In this document: positions 16,934-27,528 of the stretch, in pieces
Numbering within the stretch: position 1 is the stretch's first letter
Layout of the letters: each line of letters opens with the position of its first letter
NCBI GenBank assembly: GCA_965267575.1
Contig: OZ254086.1
Location: forward strand, 2,880,001-2,944,000
Length of the DNA stretch: 64,000 nucleotides
Source of the DNA: Calditrichales bacterium
GTDB taxonomy: Bacteria > Calditrichota > Calditrichia > Calditrichales > J004
Direction: 5' to 3'
Position numbers and translations under genes: made by a program
The notes under the pieces: generated by a model
What the model was told of the DNA's origin: nothing
The model's input: the letters and a program-made list of their open reading frames with translations, nothing else
Database searches by the model: none

Positions 16934-19102
16934 TTAGTGCGATCCCTGCATCGGCGGAGCAACATCCATTTCGTCGATCAGGTAATCGGCGCCGGCAAAT
17001 TTTTCGGTTATAAACAGTACGTAGCGGATATCCACGGAAATGGTGCGCTGCATGTCATAGTTATACTGCCAGTCGCTGGTCATGGCTTCGTAGTTACCGT
17101 CAAAGGCAAGACCTATCAGCTCGCCGCGTGCGTTCATTACGGCGCTGCCGCTGTTACCACCGGTGATATCGCAGCGGTGCAGAAAGTTGACCGGTACATC
17201 GCCAAGTTCCGGATCCACCCATTGACCGAAATCGCGGTTTTCATATAATTCAGCCAGTTTTTCCGGCATATCAAAGGGAACGATTCCCGAATTCTTCTCC
17301 AGAACTCCCTTGAGCCTGGTAAACGGCGCGTATGTCACGGCATCGGCCGGTTTGTAGCCTGCCACATGGCCGTAGGTGAAACGCATCGTACTGTTGGCGT
17401 CCGGATAGAGATTGTCCCCTTTCCAGGCGAACAAAGCTTCGATGTAGCGTCTTCTCAAATCGTCCAGACGGGCATCCTGTGCTTTGTTGCGCTCGGTGTA
17501 TGCTTCGCGGTCGGCGTAGATTGTTTCGGCCAGTTCAAAAAGCGGTTCATTAAGTTCCTTTAATTCCGCTGCCGTTTTGCCCACAAGCGACAAGACGAAT
17601 TCCTGATCCTTCAGGCGGCTTTTTTCATATACTTCGTCAACATAATTCTGCGGGTTGTTTCCGGCCAGAGCAAGGGCGGCTTCAATGCCCGGCGTAAGGT
17701 CTTTCTTGTCCAAGGCTGCCGTCAGATTCAGGACGCGCAGCAGCAAAGCCTTGTCCACCGGCTCATAATAGCGCAGGAAGGAATATTTCAGACGGTCGCT
17801 GATTTTTTGCAGCGCTTTTTCGTCATATTCGTCATCACGTTCTTCGACCGGCTTTTCCAGTTCCCTGCCCAGATCATAAAGCGTCAGGGCAATGGAAGTC
17901 AGCGTCCCGCTGCGATAGCCGAACTGAATCAGGGCGTCATCCTGCAGAAGCGTTTGTTCCATTTGAGTGTACTCGGCGGCGATGCCGTCAAATACATCGC
18001 CATATTTTTCATACAACTCGTCATCATTTTTTAAAAAGGCGATCAGATCGGCTTCTGCGGCCCGCTTTTCGTCGACAAAATTTGTTTTAGTCATGCCGTC
18101 AATATTGCCCTGGTAATTCTTCATCGAGTTTTCCAGACCGGCTTTATAGCTGGCCAGCTTGATCCTGCCCTCGGGTGAATCGGCAGTAATTTCATCGATC
18201 AGGTCGATAAGCGCGCGGTATTGCTGCACACGACCGGGGTAGAAATATTTAAGACTGTAATCGACCGAATAGGATGTACGGTAGCGCGATGTTCTGCCCG
18301 GGTTGCCCATGATAAAGGTGAAGTCGCCCTCCTTAAGGTCCCCGGAAGCGACTTTCAGCCAGCGTTTTGGTTGCAGCGGTACGTTCTCTTCGCTGTATTT
18401 GGCGCCGCTGCCGTCCGGGCCCTGGTAAACACGCAGAAAGGTGAAATCACCTGTATGACGCGGCCACATCCAGTTGTCGATCTCATCGCCGTAGTTGCCA
18501 ATGGATCGCGGCGGAGCATAAACGATGCGCACGTCGTGATAGGTTTTGTAAACATATTGATGGTAAACGGCGCCATTATACATGGACGAAATGCGCACGT
18601 AGATGTCATCACGATCGCCGCTTATTTCTTTTTTGATCTTTCTTATTTCCTCGTCAATGGCCTTTTCCCGTTCCTGCACATCATCAATGCCTTCAACGGC
18701 AACGTTGATTTTTTCGGTAATGTCTTCAACACTTTGTAAAACAGAAGCACTTCCACCGATTACGGGAATCTCATCGTTATGGCTTTGTGCCAGGAATCCG
18801 TCCGTTATGTAGTCCACGCCGGCCGCACTGGACGAGCGCTGCAACGCACCAAAAGCACAGTGGTGGTTGGTTAGAACAAGCCCCTGTGATGAAACCAGGG
18901 ATGCAGAACAGCTGCCAAAGTTGAGCATGACAATGGCGTCTTTGATTGACGGATTATCCGTGCTGTAGATATCTTCAACGTTGATTTCAAGACCCTTTTC
19001 CTTTAGCGGCAGGTCTTCAATCTGTGTGAGCAGCCACATGCCTTCCTCGGCAAAAAGCGATCCGGCCGCAAAGATTAGTATAACGGCAAACCGACGTAAC
19101 AT
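16934..19102 (-). CDS. S46 family dipeptidyl peptidase (DPP7-like)
   Basis: AEEGMW, LTNHHC, NWMWPRHTGDF, DITGGNSGS, GLAFDGNYE; AGGAGG before ATG 19102. Confidence 0.93.
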   Translation of the reverse strand: MLRRFAVILIFAAGSLFAEEGMWLLTQIEDLPLKEKGLEINVEDIYSTDNPSIKDAIVMLNFGSCSASLVSSQGLVLTNHHCAFGALQRSSSAAGVDYITDGFLAQSHNDEIPVIGGSASVLQSVEDITEKINVAVEGIDDVQEREKAIDEEIRKIKKEISGDRDDIYVRISSMYNGAVYHQYVYKTYHDVRIVYAPPRSIGNYGDEIDNWMWPRHTGDFTFLRVYQGPDGSGAKYSEENVPLQPKRWLKVASGDLKEGDFTFIMGNPGRTSRYRTSYSVDYSLKYFYPGRVQQYRALIDLIDEITADSPEGRIKLASYKAGLENSMKNYQGNIDGMTKTNFVDEKRAAEADLIAFLKNDDELYEKYGDVFDGIAAEYTQMEQTLLQDDALIQFGYRSGTLTSIALTLYDLGRELEKPVEERDDEYDEKALQKISDRLKYSFLRYYEPVDKALLLRVLNLTAALDKKDLTPGIEAALALAGNNPQNYVDEVYEKSRLKDQEFVLSLVGKTAAELKELNEPLFELAETIYADREAYTERNKAQDARLDDLRRRYIEALFAWKGDNLYPDANSTMRFTYGHVAGYKPADAVTYAPFTRLKGVLEKNSGIVPFDMPEKLAELYENRDFGQWVDPELGDVPVNFLHRCDITGGNSGSAVMNARGELIGLAFDGNYEAMTSDWQYNYDMQRTISVDIRYVLFITEKFAGADYLIDEMDVAPPMQGSH

Positions 19103-19252
19103 TTTTTCCTCCTGATGAAAAATTTCACTAAACAGCCAAATATACAAAGCTTTTATTGAAAAAACCGAATAATTTGCGGTTCTTTGATTGTTCTTGAATG
19201 TTTAAAGTAAACCCTTATTTTTTTAGAGGCACTTCATTAAAAAGGAAAAGAA

Positions 19253-21415
19253 ATGAGACGTACGATTTTGTTGCTGTTTGGTGTTGTTACTTTGCTTTAT
19301 GCCGGAAATCCGCTGACCCTCGACGCGATTTTCAAGGATCATGCTTTTAAGCCGCATAGCCCCGCGCAGTTGGCCTGGGTACCCGGCCAAAAAGCGCTGA
19401 CCTGGCTTGAAAAGGCTGATGACGGAACAGGGCTTATCCGCTATGATGTCTTGGCGGACAATGAGGAAGTCCTGGTTGCGGCAGACGCTTTTCGCCATCC
19501 TCTTACGGCAAATGAGCTGACGGTAGCTTCTTATAAATGGGTGGATCCGCAGACATTGCTGATTGCGGCCGATGAAAAGAGCATCTGGCGCCATTCCGTG
19601 AAAGCGCGTTACTTTTTGATTGACATAAAGACGCAGGAGATTCGTTCCCTGTTGCCCGGCGATCCCTATCTGCAATATGTCAAGAGCGCACCGGACGGTA
19701 AAAAGATAGGCTTTGTGAAAGAAAACGATCTGTATGTTTTAAATTTGCCGGACAACAAGCTGAAGCGTCTCACTTCCGACGGCTCCGCTACGATTTTAAA
19801 CGGCCGCTTCGATTGGGTGTATGAAGAAGAATTTTCCATCAGTGATGGCTGGAGCTGGTCGCCCGATGGCAGCAAAATTGCTTTCTGGCGCTTTGATCAG
19901 AGCATGGTTCCAACCTACAGCTGGCTTGATTACCGGCCGCTAAGCGGCGAGGTGGTAACGATTCATTATCCCAAAGCGGGACAAAGTAACGCCCGCGTGT
20001 CCATCCATGTGGCGGACCTGGAAACTGGCGAGATTGTCGATGCGGGACAATCTGTCTTTAACGAAAGCTACCTGCCGCGCATGGAATGGCTTAACAATGA
20101 ACGGCTGATAGTGCAGAATCTGAACCGTGCTCAAAACAGCCTGGCCCTTCTTAATGTCGATTTCCGTAACGGCCGGGCCGATACGATCCTGGTGGAGCAT
20201 AATGAAGCCTGGGTGAATGTGGATGACGACCTGAAGATGCTTGAGGATGGCCGTTTTCTCTGGACATCTGAGCGTGACGGATTTAACCATATCTACCTTG
20301 GTGATGCAAACGGCACTTCGCTTAAGCAAATTACCAGCGGCAAGTGGGAAGTCGTATCCGTTTACGGCAGCGATGGGGAATATGTCTATTTTAAAGCCAA
20401 CAGGGAGGCTGTCAGCGATTATCACATCTACAAGGTAAAAACAGATGGCAGTGACCCGACCCGACTGGTAAGTGAACCGGGCCGCCATGAAGCTGTTTTT
20501 TCAGCAGATTTTGCGCTGTTTGTGGACAGGTGGTCCTCGGTTTCGCGGCTGAGGCAGTGGGATATCGTGGACAATGGCGGAAAGCCTCTGCGCACGCTTG
20601 TGGAAAACAGTGCGCCGGCTGACAGGTATAACCTTGTCGTTCCGCAGTTCGGCAGCTTCAATACCAGTGATGGCGTGTCGCTTAATACGCTAAGCTACTT
20701 TCCACCCGACTTTGACGCTGAAAAAAAATATCCCGTTTTGATGTATGGCTATGGCGGTCCGGGTTCTCAAACTGTGCGCAATACATTTGGCCCCCGTTAC
20801 TATCATCAGCAGCGTCACGTCTGGTTTATGTATCTGGCACAGCAGGGCTATATTGTTTTTATCCTGGATAACCGTGGTTCCGGCGGCCGCGGCAAAGCCT
20901 TTAAAAATTACAGTTACGGGGATTTAAGCAAATACGCCGTAGAAGATCACCTGGCAGGCGCGCGCTACCTGGCCGGATTGCCTTATGTGGACAAGGAACG
21001 TATCGGTATCTGGGGCTGGAGCTTTGGCGGCTATCTTACGCTGCACGCCCTGTCGCGCGATAGCGGGCTGTTCCGGATGGGCATTTCCGTGGCGCCGGTA
21101 AGCGATTTCCGCTGGTATGATACAATCTACACGGAACGTTTTATGCGCACACCGCAACAAAACCCGCAGGGCTATGACGCAGCTTCAGCATTTAGTTATC
21201 TCGACGGCTACGACGGCAGCCTGCTGTTGATCCATGGAACGGCCGATGATAATGTGCATGTTCAGCATGCCATGAATTATATGGAAGCTTTGCAGCAGCG
21301 TGCCGCGCCCTTTGATGTAATGCTTTATCCCGGGTTAAACCACAGGCTGGATGAAGGAAACAGCTTTTTACACCTGCATAAGATGATGACGGATTACATC
21401 ATGGAGAATTTATAG
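19253..21415 (+). CDS. S9B dipeptidyl peptidase IV
   Basis: DWVYEEE, YPKAG, GWSFGG, HGTADDNVH; signal peptide. Confidence 0.93.
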   Translation: MRRTILLLFGVVTLLYAGNPLTLDAIFKDHAFKPHSPAQLAWVPGQKALTWLEKADDGTGLIRYDVLADNEEVLVAADAFRHPLTANELTVASYKWVDPQTLLIAADEKSIWRHSVKARYFLIDIKTQEIRSLLPGDPYLQYVKSAPDGKKIGFVKENDLYVLNLPDNKLKRLTSDGSATILNGRFDWVYEEEFSISDGWSWSPDGSKIAFWRFDQSMVPTYSWLDYRPLSGEVVTIHYPKAGQSNARVSIHVADLETGEIVDAGQSVFNESYLPRMEWLNNERLIVQNLNRAQNSLALLNVDFRNGRADTILVEHNEAWVNVDDDLKMLEDGRFLWTSERDGFNHIYLGDANGTSLKQITSGKWEVVSVYGSDGEYVYFKANREAVSDYHIYKVKTDGSDPTRLVSEPGRHEAVFSADFALFVDRWSSVSRLRQWDIVDNGGKPLRTLVENSAPADRYNLVVPQFGSFNTSDGVSLNTLSYFPPDFDAEKKYPVLMYGYGGPGSQTVRNTFGPRYYHQQRHVWFMYLAQQGYIVFILDNRGSGGRGKAFKNYSYGDLSKYAVEDHLAGARYLAGLPYVDKERIGIWGWSFGGYLTLHALSRDSGLFRMGISVAPVSDFRWYDTIYTERFMRTPQQNPQGYDAASAFSYLDGYDGSLLLIHGTADDNVHVQHAMNYMEALQQRAAPFDVMLYPGLNHRLDEGNSFLHLHKMMTDYIMENL

Positions 21416-22111
21416 ACCGGCCATTTCGCGGAATTTCTTTGCCAGCGCCGGGCCCGTGCCCTCGTCTTCGTGCTTGAAAAAGATATAAGCCGTTTCCCAG
21501 CCCCGGCTTTTAACCTTTTCAACGCGCGCATGCAATTCATCGTCGCTGTAGGCGCTGCGCCTTAACCGCAGGTAGGTCCAGGGGGCGGTTTTAATAAAAT
21601 CGGCGTCCGGCTGGTCGTCCGTTTCGGCAATTACCAGGGCCATGTTGTTTTCTCGCAGCAGGTCGAATGTCTCCTCGTCCATCCAGCTTTCATGGCGAAA
21701 CTCAAAAGCTGCGGGCAGGGCACGCGGGATCAGCGGCAGGAATGTTTTTAGCCGTTCGATATCTTTTTTAAGGTTGGGCGGAAGCTGAAAGAGCAGGGCG
21801 CCCAGTTTATCATCCAGCGTTAAAACATTCGCCGTTAAAAATTCCATTTCTTCGGCTGTGTCTTTAAGGCGCTTACGGTGGGTGATTTTTTGTGAAGCTT
21901 TGAGAATAAAACGAAAACCCTGCGGCACCTGGGAAGCCCAGTCTTCAAGGTTTTCCTTTTTAGGCATCCGGTAAAAAGTATTGTTTATTTCCACGGTGTT
22001 GAGCTTTGTGGCGTAGTAGCCAAGCATCTCGCTGGCTGGGATTTTTTCAGGGTAAAACGAGCCCTTCCACTCTTTATAGCTGTAGCCGCTGGTACCGCAA
22101 AAGATCTGCAT
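21410..22111 (-). CDS. DUF72 family protein
   Basis: GTSGYSYKEWKGSFYP, VEINNTFY, QLPP, EFRHESW. Confidence 0.9.
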   Translation of the reverse strand: MQIFCGTSGYSYKEWKGSFYPEKIPASEMLGYYATKLNTVEINNTFYRMPKKENLEDWASQVPQGFRFILKASQKITHRKRLKDTAEEMEFLTANVLTLDDKLGALLFQLPPNLKKDIERLKTFLPLIPRALPAAFEFRHESWMDEETFDLLRENNMALVIAETDDQPDADFIKTAPWTYLRLRRSAYSDDELHARVEKVKSRGWETAYIFFKHEDEGTGPALAKKFREMAGL

Positions 22112-22160
22112 GGTTGTTCTCCTTTTTTGGTGGCCAATATAAAGGAGAAAGGCGGCACAC

Positions 22161-25100
22161 TCAATCGACGGGCTGTTTCTGGCCGGCCCCGGCTTCGCTG
22201 AACTGTGCCAGCGCCTTTTTCAGTTCGGCAAGCTTTATAGGCTTGGAAATGTAGCCGTCCATGCCGGCATGCAAGCATTTTTCGCGGTCGCCTTTCATGG
22301 CGTTTGCCGTCAATGCCAGGATGGGGATGCTTCCGTTGGCGTTCTCTTTTTCCGTTTCGCGGATATGTGCGGTTGCTTTATAACCGTCCATGCGCGGCAT
22401 TTGAATATCCATCAGGACCAGATCGAAGGACGTTTCACGGTACATGTTCAGGGCTTCAAGCCCGTCCTCTGCGATTTCCACATCGTGGCCCATGCTTTCC
22501 AGAAGCCGACGGGCAACCTTTTGGTTAATCACGTTGTCCTCGGCCAGCAAAATGCGCATCGGCCTGGAAAGCGGCTCGGTCTGTTGCGTTTCCGGTTTGT
22601 CTTTGTGGCCGTTCGTTTCAATGCTGCCGGCGCTGCCGATTTTAAACCGGGCTTCGAAAAAGAAACAGCTTCCGGGGCCGATTTCGTCCGGGGTGTTTGC
22701 AGTCAAGTCCAGCACAGGTTGCAGCCTGCCCGGGTTTACGGGGCTGCTGACGCCCATCTTGCCACCCATCAGTTGTACCAGCATGTTGGAAATGGTAAGG
22801 CCCAGGCCCGTTCCGCCAAAGTGACGCGTGGTAGAGCCGTCTGCTTGCGTGAAGGCATTGAAGACATCGTTCTGCTTGTTCTTAGGTACGCCGATCCCGC
22901 TGTCCAGAACGCTGAACTGTAAAGTAACATAACCTTTATCAACCTCGCGTTTGCGCACTTCGAGAATCACGCCGCCCTTGTTTGTAAACTTTAGGGAATT
23001 GCCAATCAGGTTGATCAGCACCTGGCGCAGCCTGTCCGGGTCACCCACAACATGCTGTGGTATGTCCGGGTCGCAATTGTGGCACACAACGAGCAGTTTT
23101 TCCTGGGCGCGTATGCGCTGCACCTTCACCAGATCATGCAGCAGTTCGGGCAGATTAAAACGGATGGGGCTCAGTTCCAGCTTACCTGCTTCGATCTTTG
23201 AAAAATCCAGGATATCATTCAGGATAACCAGCAGCGACTCGGCGGATGATTGTATCATCTGGATATAATCGATCTGGTCTGCCGACATATCTGTCTGGCT
23301 TAGCAGTGTGGCCATACCCAGGATGCCGTTCATCGGGGTACGGATTTCATGGCTCATGTTAGCCAGAAATTCGCTTTTGGCGCGGTTTGCTTCACGTTCC
23401 CGGTGGCGCGCGGAAACCAGCTCATGCACGTCGAAATCCATGCCGATGAGACCGATAACCTCCCCGCTGCCGTTTATCATCGGGATCTTTGTGATAGAAT
23501 AGAAGCGCTTTTCCTCGCCGTATTGCAGCAGGCGTTCCGTCTGCAGGGGCCGCTTTGTTTCCAGCACGCCGAAATCCTCTTCCTGGCTGCGTACGGCGGC
23601 ATCGTTATTAAAAACCTCGATCGATGTTTTGCCGCGCACCGAAGAAATGGTCTTGCCGGTACTGTTCAGGAAAGCACGGTTTACGCTTACATAGCGCAGG
23701 CCCGGGTCTTTAAAGTAGATAATCGCCGGCGTATGGTCGAGGATCAGTTTCAACTCCTGTTCGCGCATGGCAATACGGTTGCGCGATTCCCTCAATTCCA
23801 TCGTCCGTGATTTGACCTGTTCCTCCAGCGCCATCCTGTTTTTGCGGAAAATATTGACACGCCAGCGATAAAATCCCAGGAACAGCATGGCAACGGATAG
23901 GGCAGCCAGCATATAAAACCACATTGTTTTCCAGTATGGCGGTGGAATTTCGAAACCCGCTTTAATGGGATCACTCCAATCCTGTAAATATTTTCTGGCC
24001 TGTACATTGAGCTCGTATTCGCCGGGCGGCAGGTTCACGATTCTAATTTCGTTTTCAGAGAGATCGACCCACTTATCATTATAACCGCGCAGCATGTAGC
24101 GGAAAGAGATACGATCGCGGTGAACGCTGTATGTGCTGCTGGTGATTTTTGCGTAAAGCGTATTGTCTTCGTGCGTGATACCCGTTGTATCCGCGGCTTT
24201 ACTTCCAAGACGGATATCTTCAAACCGCAAATGAGGAGGCGCGCTGATGTCCTGGTCGCGGGCCGGAAAATAGTGGCTTAGTCCGTTGCCGGTACCAAAC
24301 CAGATGGTGCTGTCGGTATCGAGGAAAAAGCCGCCGGCGTTGGATTCCGTGCTGGCATAACCCTCATAGAGACTGTAATTGCGGAAATAGTTTCCATCAA
24401 AACGATCCACGCCGCGGGCATGGCCAATCCAGAGGTTTTGATCATAATCCTCGCCGATGGAAAAGACAGCGTTATTGGCCAGCCCGTCCCTGCTGGTATA
24501 CGTTTTAAATTTTTTGCCGTCGAATCGTGTGATGCCGCGTGAAGAATGATAGCCAAACCAAATGGCGCCGTTCTTGTCCTCAAACAGGAAATAGGGATCA
24601 TTGCCGGCAAGGCCATCCTTTACGGTAAAGGTGCGCCAGGCCAATCCGTCATGGCGCGAAAGCCCTTTGTCCCCGCTGATCCACAAATAACCGTTTTTAT
24701 CATAAATCATGCGCGCGTTGTTGAATTGATTGCCCGGAACGCTGACTTTTTCCAGCACTCCGTTGCTGTAGCGAAAAACGCCATTATAACGAATAGACAC
24801 CAGCAATGAGCCCTGCGGTTCTTCCAGCAGCCAAATGACCCAACCTTCGCTGCCCGGCACGTGATGGAATTTCCCGGGATTATCCATATAGCATAAACCT
24901 TTTTGGGTTCCAATCCACAGCCGTCCGGATGCTCCTTCATGCAAAGCAAAAACCCGGTCGTGACTTAAACCGTCCTGCATAGTGTAATTGATGATTTTAT
25001 CTTCACGGATCAGCGACAATCCGCCATAGGTTCCTATCCACAGCAGGCCGCGTCTGTCACGCAGAATAGGACGGACAACGTCGCTTCCCAACCCGTCCCT

Positions 25101-26063
25101 GCGCGTATAGTTGATAAAAGCCTGACCCTGAAAACGCGCGAATCCTCCAAAGCCGCCAATCCAGATCGTGCCTTCCTTGTCTTCCAGGATTGTGCCGACA
25201 TTGCTCGACGGCAGGTTATTTGCGGAATCAATGAATATCTTTTCATCTCCCTGAAAAATGGCCAATCCGCTTTGATTGCCGATGTAGACTCTGCTTCCGT
25301 CTGCCGAAACGCAAATATCGTCAACGGGCATTTCACCAATCCCGCTTTGGTCGTTAAAAATGCGGACCGTTTTTCCGTTTCGCATATGGTGAAGCTCTTT
25401 TCCCGCAGCGAGCCACAATTCGTTGCTGTTTGGCGAAAAAGCAAAACACTTCACGGGCCGCTCTTCGGGAAAAATGCGGCTCCTGGATATTTTATTTTCG
25501 GTGATTTCGTAAAGTCCGTTTCCTGTGCCAACCCACAGGATATGATTATGAAAACGTAGCGCGTTAATTGACCATTGCGAAAGGGGAGAGGGGTCGAATT
25601 TAATGACTCTTAGATCACCGTTCAGATCGTGATAAAACAAACCCCTGGCAGTCCCGATCCAAAGTCGTTCATTTTCATCAATGACCAGGCTTTTTACATT
25701 TGTATTTTGCAGCCCCTCTTTGGATGAAATATTGGTAAAGACTTTTCCGTCCCAAATGGAGAGACCCTCGCTTGTACCTACCCAAATGCGGCCGCGGCTG
25801 TCCTGGGTGATAGCATTTACGCGGTCATTCAGCATACCTTCCATGATGCCAAAGACTTCGAACTCGTCTCCGTCAAATCGGTTTAGCCCGGCCTGCGTTC
25901 CTACCCAGATATAGCCTTCCTTGTCCTGGAAAATGGTCTGCGGCATCTGCTGGGAAAGCCCGTCGTCTCCGGTGTAGGTATGAAAATAATATTGCTGTCC
26001 GTAAACGGGGATGGCGATAAGGAGCAGTGCTATGTTCAGAGCAGAAATAAAGCTGCGTTTCAT
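22161..26063 (-). CDS. Hybrid sensor histidine kinase/response regulator with periplasmic beta-propeller repeats, Y_Y_Y and PAS domains
   Basis: Repeated D-x-x-G-x-I-W-I-G-T units, TM, FLANMSHEIRTPMNG, GGTGLGL, receiver LLAEDN...MDIQMP. Confidence 0.92.
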   Translation of the reverse strand: MKRSFISALNIALLLIAIPVYGQQYYFHTYTGDDGLSQQMPQTIFQDKEGYIWVGTQAGLNRFDGDEFEVFGIMEGMLNDRVNAITQDSRGRIWVGTSEGLSIWDGKVFTNISSKEGLQNTNVKSLVIDENERLWIGTARGLFYHDLNGDLRVIKFDPSPLSQWSINALRFHNHILWVGTGNGLYEITENKISRSRIFPEERPVKCFAFSPNSNELWLAAGKELHHMRNGKTVRIFNDQSGIGEMPVDDICVSADGSRVYIGNQSGLAIFQGDEKIFIDSANNLPSSNVGTILEDKEGTIWIGGFGGFARFQGQAFINYTRRDGLGSDVVRPILRDRRGLLWIGTYGGLSLIREDKIINYTMQDGLSHDRVFALHEGASGRLWIGTQKGLCYMDNPGKFHHVPGSEGWVIWLLEEPQGSLLVSIRYNGVFRYSNGVLEKVSVPGNQFNNARMIYDKNGYLWISGDKGLSRHDGLAWRTFTVKDGLAGNDPYFLFEDKNGAIWFGYHSSRGITRFDGKKFKTYTSRDGLANNAVFSIGEDYDQNLWIGHARGVDRFDGNYFRNYSLYEGYASTESNAGGFFLDTDSTIWFGTGNGLSHYFPARDQDISAPPHLRFEDIRLGSKAADTTGITHEDNTLYAKITSSTYSVHRDRISFRYMLRGYNDKWVDLSENEIRIVNLPPGEYELNVQARKYLQDWSDPIKAGFEIPPPYWKTMWFYMLAALSVAMLFLGFYRWRVNIFRKNRMALEEQVKSRTMELRESRNRIAMREQELKLILDHTPAIIYFKDPGLRYVSVNRAFLNSTGKTISSVRGKTSIEVFNNDAAVRSQEEDFGVLETKRPLQTERLLQYGEEKRFYSITKIPMINGSGEVIGLIGMDFDVHELVSARHREREANRAKSEFLANMSHEIRTPMNGILGMATLLSQTDMSADQIDYIQMIQSSAESLLVILNDILDFSKIEAGKLELSPIRFNLPELLHDLVKVQRIRAQEKLLVVCHNCDPDIPQHVVGDPDRLRQVLINLIGNSLKFTNKGGVILEVRKREVDKGYVTLQFSVLDSGIGVPKNKQNDVFNAFTQADGSTTRHFGGTGLGLTISNMLVQLMGGKMGVSSPVNPGRLQPVLDLTANTPDEIGPGSCFFFEARFKIGSAGSIETNGHKDKPETQQTEPLSRPMRILLAEDNVINQKVARRLLESMGHDVEIAEDGLEALNMYRETSFDLVLMDIQMPRMDGYKATAHIRETEKENANGSIPILALTANAMKGDREKCLHAGMDGYISKPIKLAELKKALAQFSEAGAGQKQPVD

Positions 26064-26247
26064 ATTTCGATATCCGGCTTAAATGCATAGTTGGTTTTCG
26101 GAACAACTCTGCAAAATATGAAAGATAAAATGATGACGGTACATTTTTGAGCAATTAGTTTTTCTTAAAAAAACCTTAACAATCAGAAACTATGGCGAAC
26201 CGGCCACGTAGCCCTCCAAGTAACTTTTTTCACTCAGGGGAATTAAA

Positions 26248-27381
26248 ATGAAACGAATTATAATACTTCTTTTTTTGTGCTCGGCCTTTGCCGGCGCCGG
26301 TGACTCTAATGAAAGATACAGCGACCCTGCCGGATACGAATATGTTGACTTTAACCTGTCATTTGTACCGGGCATCAGCATTGGGGATGAGCGCGCCCGT
26401 TATACAGGCAAGCGCATTGTAAACAGCGGTTTTTCGCTCAGCCTTATAGGCAATCGCGCCGCCAGGCTTAATGGTCTGGAGCTGGCCGGGATTTTCAGCA
26501 TTTACGAAGAAGAGATCCGCGGCGTTCAGTTGGCCGGTATCTTTAATTTAAACGGCAGCGATTCTAACAGCGATGTACGTGGCTTGCAGATGAGCGGCAT
26601 TTTTAATATGGCCAACGGCTCGGTACGCGGCCTCCAGGGGAGTGGCATCTTCAATCTCAATAATGGCGATGTGCGTGGCTTACAGTTTACCGGCGTTTTT
26701 AATATCAATAACGGCGGGGTTCAGGGATTGCAGTTTGCCGATGTGTTCAATATTGCCAATGGCAGAATAAGCGGCATGCAATGGGGCGGCGTTTTTAACG
26801 TGGCCAACGGGGCCGTTTCCGGCCTTCAGATGTCGGGCGGTGTGAATATTGCCCGTTCTGTGCATGACGGTGCGCAGATTGGTCTGGTAAATGTTTCCGG
26901 ACCGAATAATGGCGCGGTGATAGGCCTGGTCAGCTATGTTTCGGATGTGCCTTTTGCCTATCAGGTTTATGGCGACGAAACACAGATGGTGCACGCCGCG
27001 CTGCGTTCAGGCAATCATAAATGGTATAACTTGTTTGGCGCCGGCCGACGGGTTGAAGGCATTACCCGCTACAACAGCGTGGATGGTGGCTTTGGCCGTT
27101 ATTTTGACCTGGGATACAGGCTGGGTCTTGATCTGGGGCTGCACGGTTCATATCTGCTAACAGACGATCTTAAAGATAATGCCGGGTTTATTACACGCTT
27201 CAGTACATCTTTTCATTACAACATCGGTTACCGCGCGGCCATTGTTGTGGGTGGCTCGGTAAATATGTGGAGCACAAAAGTGGTGGAGGACAATCTCTCC
27301 CGCGGATTGTGGAAAGAATATAGCGAAGACGATTACTTCTTCCGTATTTGGCCCGGATTACATGTGGGACTAAAGCTTTAA
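26248..27381 (+). CDS. Surface protein with 15-aa GLQxxGxxN repeats (LA_2272-like)
   Basis: Signal peptide; about 8 repeats such as VRGLQMSGIFNMANGS; beta-rich C-terminus. Confidence 0.75.
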   Translation: MKRIIILLFLCSAFAGAGDSNERYSDPAGYEYVDFNLSFVPGISIGDERARYTGKRIVNSGFSLSLIGNRAARLNGLELAGIFSIYEEEIRGVQLAGIFNLNGSDSNSDVRGLQMSGIFNMANGSVRGLQGSGIFNLNNGDVRGLQFTGVFNINNGGVQGLQFADVFNIANGRISGMQWGGVFNVANGAVSGLQMSGGVNIARSVHDGAQIGLVNVSGPNNGAVIGLVSYVSDVPFAYQVYGDETQMVHAALRSGNHKWYNLFGAGRRVEGITRYNSVDGGFGRYFDLGYRLGLDLGLHGSYLLTDDLKDNAGFITRFSTSFHYNIGYRAAIVVGGSVNMWSTKVVEDNLSRGLWKEYSEDDYFFRIWPGLHVGLKL

Positions 27382-27402
27382 ACGACATTGCCGGATTTTC
27401 CC

Positions 27403-27434
27403 AAAGGCCGTGGCATAGCGCTGCGGCCTTTTTT
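27403..27434 (+). terminator. Intrinsic terminator
   Basis: AAAGGCCGTGGC-atagc-GCTGCGGCCTTT plus T-run. Confidence 0.7.
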
Positions 27435-27528
27435 ATTACCCGCCTGAAATTTACTTGTTTGGCTCAAAGCTTTATATTTATGGCCGCCGGAGATATTTCC
27501 GCTAATTTTTGGAAACAAAGGACTTTTT

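Noticed and set aside
27382..27528. Cobalamin riboswitch before icmF
   Set aside because: Short region mostly occupied by a terminator; no B12-box seen.
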